From NCBI RefSeq assembly GCF_001194135.2, contig NC_069001.1:3710298-3774297 (forward strand): a stretch of 64,000 nucleotides of DNA, read 5' to 3'. Within the stretch, counting starts at the first letter, position 1, and the number at the start of each line of letters is the position of its first letter. Positions 60,106-64,000 of the stretch are shown here, in pieces. Below the pieces are notes generated by a model. The model ran no database searches and was not told the DNA's origin. It was given only the letters and a program-made list of their open reading frames with translations. The translations under genes were made by a program, and so were the position numbers. This DNA is from Octopus bimaculoides (taxonomy: Eukaryota).

Positions 60106-62396
60106 AAAGAAACAAGAAAAACATGGGTTTGTTTAATATGGAAATCCAATTTTCAAATCTTGGAAAGCATCAGTGATAGGAACTCTGTAGGTTTTGTGAG
60201 AAATTGTTTTAGCTACAAAGTGTTACAAGATGATTTTGTTTTTTATTATTATTGTAATGAATTTTTTTTTTTTTTTTAGTTTGGCTTTCATTTTTGTTTT
60301 ATACTTATCAACTTCATTTAATTTAGATACTAATGTTTTCCTCTCCTAACATCTGTTTTACATCTTAAAGGAATTCACCTGCTAACCATTCCCTACCATT
60401 ATATTCACATTTCATCATAGTCATCTTGTAGCTAAAATGTTTCTTTTCTTTTTCTTTTTTTCTCACAAAAGTTAATAAAATACCTCACATTTGTTGTACA
60501 TGCCATATACTGTAGTTTTCCCGGTACATTTCATTATTACAGTTTTGGTTTTAAAGTATTGACAACTGGTTTAATTAATTGATTGACTAACAAGCTTTCC
60601 CGGTTTCAAATTATGTTAAGTTTTGTGCTGTTGAGAATTTCTGGACAACTGCTCTGTCCTGTGGCATGACGATTGGTTAGAACTAACTCTCCAGTGGTTC
60701 ACAAGTTCCAGCATGCTGTATATGGTATGCTACTGTCTGGTTGTGGACATAACTGTATTTCATATTGTAGTTAGAAGTGTGTTGGGGAGGCAGGGTAATT
60801 GAGTATGTTTGCTTGTTTTGTTGCCCTGTCCAATATCAGGGAAGTTCTTACACAGGCTGCAACTGAGGCATCACAAGGTGGACTGTGCTATTGTCTGACA
60901 AGGTGCCTTTACTGGTAACTTTGAATTTGTTCACATTTGATAAACACTCTCAGCCGAAACTTTCTGCCAGGTTTTCTCTTTTAGCATGGATCAGAGAATG
61001 AGACGGAGAAAAGGCAAGTGAGTGTGATTCTTCTCAGTGCTACAGATATTTGATTGGGGATGTAATTACAGGGAACTAAAGGGGTTGAAGTTAGACTGTT
61101 GCTGTGAGCCCACAGCCCCTTAGTGCATTCTCTTTGTCTGAACAGTGTTGTTAAAAATGCTACTACTCCTACTGCAAAATAATGTTTCTCAATGTTTTTC
61201 CTTAAAGAATTATCTCTCAGATTAACAGAACTGCCATGCAACTAGTGTGTGTGTGTCTGTCCGTGTGTTTATTGACCCAGGTAAGACATTGTTCACTCTT
61301 TCTCCTCTTCCTCATTACTAACATTGCTTCAGCCATTTTTGGTTCCTTCCCCCTCCCTTTTTTTTTTTAGTAACGGAACTATCTTAGGTTACAGTGTATA
61401 ACATACATTGACAGACCATTCCATGTATGTTTACACACAGACATGTACACTCAAAATCTCCCTATAAAGAAGCTTATCCACTTCCAATAAAGAGAACTTT
61501 TTTTTTTTTGCTCAGTTGTAAATGTTTCTTAAAGATTTCGACAGTAACATATATACATAGTGTTCATAAATTATCTTCACAATGTAAAGCATGGCAGTGT
61601 GGAAGTTGTAAATATAATTTATGGACACCATATGTGTGTTTCTATTATATATATATATATATATATGTACATATAAAATGTGTGTGTGTGTATACATAAT
61701 TTTCCATTGCTTAAATTATTTCAGAATCTTGATAAAGTGGAAGAAAATTATATTTCAGGCAGGGACAAAAACTGTGCTAAAAAAATATATATTTCCTCAT
61801 TTAGATTTAATTATAATAGGGCTGTTTTGCATTTCACCAGTTTCTACACTTACTTCACACCATCACTGCCACAACAACTGTCATGGCTGCATATGCAGTC
61901 ATTAACGTCTGTATTTCATTTCTTAGTTTTGTATAACTTTTAATATTCTAAAAAGACCCTGTAAATTGCATGTGGCGTTGATAATTTTTGTGAATTTAGT
62001 AGCTGTAGATAAATTAGTGGAATACTTGGATTAAAAGAACATTTCGTTAGAAATGGAAACATACCTCATTACTATTAGATATATAAACAATACCCTTCCA
62101 TCTAAAATGGCTGACCTTGTGCTACAATTACAAAACAATTGTTAATGAAGCCTTGATATTTATTTTATGCTACGATTGCTCTGTGTTTAAACATAGGGTG
62201 TTGAGGTTAGTCTAAGGGGCATCACTGCGTGCGTGTGTGTACATAAAACTAGTGGGGAGTCCTCATTGTAATTGATCGCTGTCTGTTTTCTGGATTAACA
62301 TTTTTGTAGCATATCAGAGAGGATTTTTTTTTTCTTTTAGGGATCAATACAGTATAGAAACTGAAATAGCAACCAATCCTTAAATCTCTCTCCCTA

Positions 62397-62481
<85 letters not shown>

Positions 62482-62488
62482 ATACACA

Positions 62489-62583
62489 TACGAGGGGGTG
62501 CTGAAAAGTTCCTGGCTTGGGGTAAAAGAGAATACGGGAGGATTGATTATGAATTTTACTCGACATAATTCCCATCTCAGACT
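62489..62583 (+). mobile_element. mariner-type DNA transposon left end, truncated by gap
   Basis: TA + CGAGGGGGTGCTGAAAAGTTCCTGGCTT terminal sequence typical of mariner TIRs. Confidence 0.65.
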
Positions 62584-64000
62584 NNNNNNNNNNNNNNNNN
62601 NNNNNNNNNNNNNNNNNNNNNNNNNNNNNNNNNNNNNNNNNNNNNNNNNNNNNNNNNNNNNNNNNNNNNNNNNNNNNNNNNNNNNNNNNNNNNNNNNNNN
62701 NNNNNNNNNNNNNNNNNNNNNNNNNNNNNNNNNNNNNNNNNNNNNNNNNNNNNNNNNNNNNNNNNNNNNNNNNNNNNNNNNNNNNNNNNNNNNNNNTATA
62801 GCCCAAATCGTTTTGGCTTTATATACCTCCTCCCCAATAAAAACCTCTTTTCTGCTTAGTTAGTCAGGCTTCCCTTTCAGGTTGGGCATTTAAACCTGAT
62901 ACTTTTTTTTTTTTTAATGTTCTCACTGAAAATTCCAATTAAAGAAAATGTGTATATTTTAATGTGAGACACATGTTGAATATGTTTTATATAATAAAAA
63001 CATTTTCATACTTTCTTGACATCAACAAAATCTTAGTTAATGTTTCTGCTTCCAGAAATGTAAGATTCGACATCAAGTGGCCAGATAAGTTGTTAGGACT
63101 TTGAGCTCCCCAAAATTTCAAATCTCATTGATTAGGTCTTCTAGCCTTCACATTATTCTGTCAAATGTAATACTTGCTTGTTTTGAACTAATCCTGCATT
63201 ATTTCAGGACTTCAAGGTGTTTAGAAATGGACTGTGTGGGTATGAGAGGCTGGTTTTAACCTACAAATAGGATATGGATTGGGTGTGGCCAGTTTATGAC
63301 TTCCTGTCATCAGGACCCTTATCTGATGTATTGGGGATTCTGATATAAGGATGAATCCCACAAAAATATTTCACTTAATGTTTCTTCTCTCAAAATGTGG
63401 CCAAAGTGCTTTGAATTAACGAGGTCCCCTCCCCCACCAGTGACTAGATGTTGCGTTTCATGCTAGGGCCTCTACAGGTCAGACTACTGAATATGTGTAT
63501 GTCACTGGCTAAAATAAATACACCCCCCTCCCACGTCTGAACTCAAACATGCTTTCATTGTGACTATTTATTTACATAGTACGTATGTTGACTGGCTTAA
63601 AAACATGTAAAAAAGAAAACCAAAAAAAAATTAAATAAAAACAAAATTAAAGACTTTTTTTTTTAAAGTTTGAGATTAATTTATTTATCTAATTTGCAAA
63701 ATTGACTTTTTACATCGTATGGTAATATTTTTGAAAAACAAATCTGATTCATAAAATAATTTTTTTTTCTTTGTCTGTCCATTACTCAATGCAAGCCAAA
63801 AAAAAAAGAAGTTCCATACCATTCTTTTATTACACATGGTAATGATTTTGATCTAATTGCTGGCCACCAATTTCTTTGGTTCTTTATACAGCAGCCTGGA
63901 CATTTTAACCAGAAAGTTTTTTTGTTTTTAAATCAAATTATTGTAGGGCTAGCTTGGATTTTTTTTGTTTTTTTTTTGTCTCCTCTGCCATGACTACGGC

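Overview
AT-rich, microsatellite- and SINE-rich eukaryotic genomic DNA with five N gaps. The repeat families suggest a coleoid cephalopod, probably Octopus (inference). Two genes are arranged head-to-head. (1) One coding exon of DHDDS (cis-prenyltransferase) lies on the minus strand at 826-1014; the rest of the gene is left of the window. (2) A complete bromodomain-and-WD40-repeat gene of the PHIP/BRWD1/BRWD3 family lies on the plus strand, ATG 9017 to TAA 57800. I traced it by hand into 35 GT-AG exons with consistent phase (5787 nt, about 1928 aa): WD40 propeller, Tudor-like region, two bromodomains, low-complexity C-terminus. Introns and intergenic DNA hold tRNA-derived SINEs (working names A, B, C), 5'-truncated RTE LINE 3' ends (D), an unclassified ~200 bp repeat (E), piggyBac-like and hAT-like MITEs, a mariner end, and RTE and CR1 LINE relics. 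Best leads: a 42-bp perfectly palindromic mini-transposon with an 8-bp TSD (1833-1874); an RTE fragment with twin-priming-type inversion geometry plus an uninverted control copy in the same window; a CR1-type LINE sharing its 3' tail with SINE B; a bipartite 5'+3' RTE element; two perfect hairpins just downstream of exon 17; and outward-facing piggyBac-type ends bracketing the frame-symmetric exon 34. Exon coordinates were counted to the base. Repeat boundaries are approximate (about +/-20 bp), and family names come from motif recognition, not database searches.
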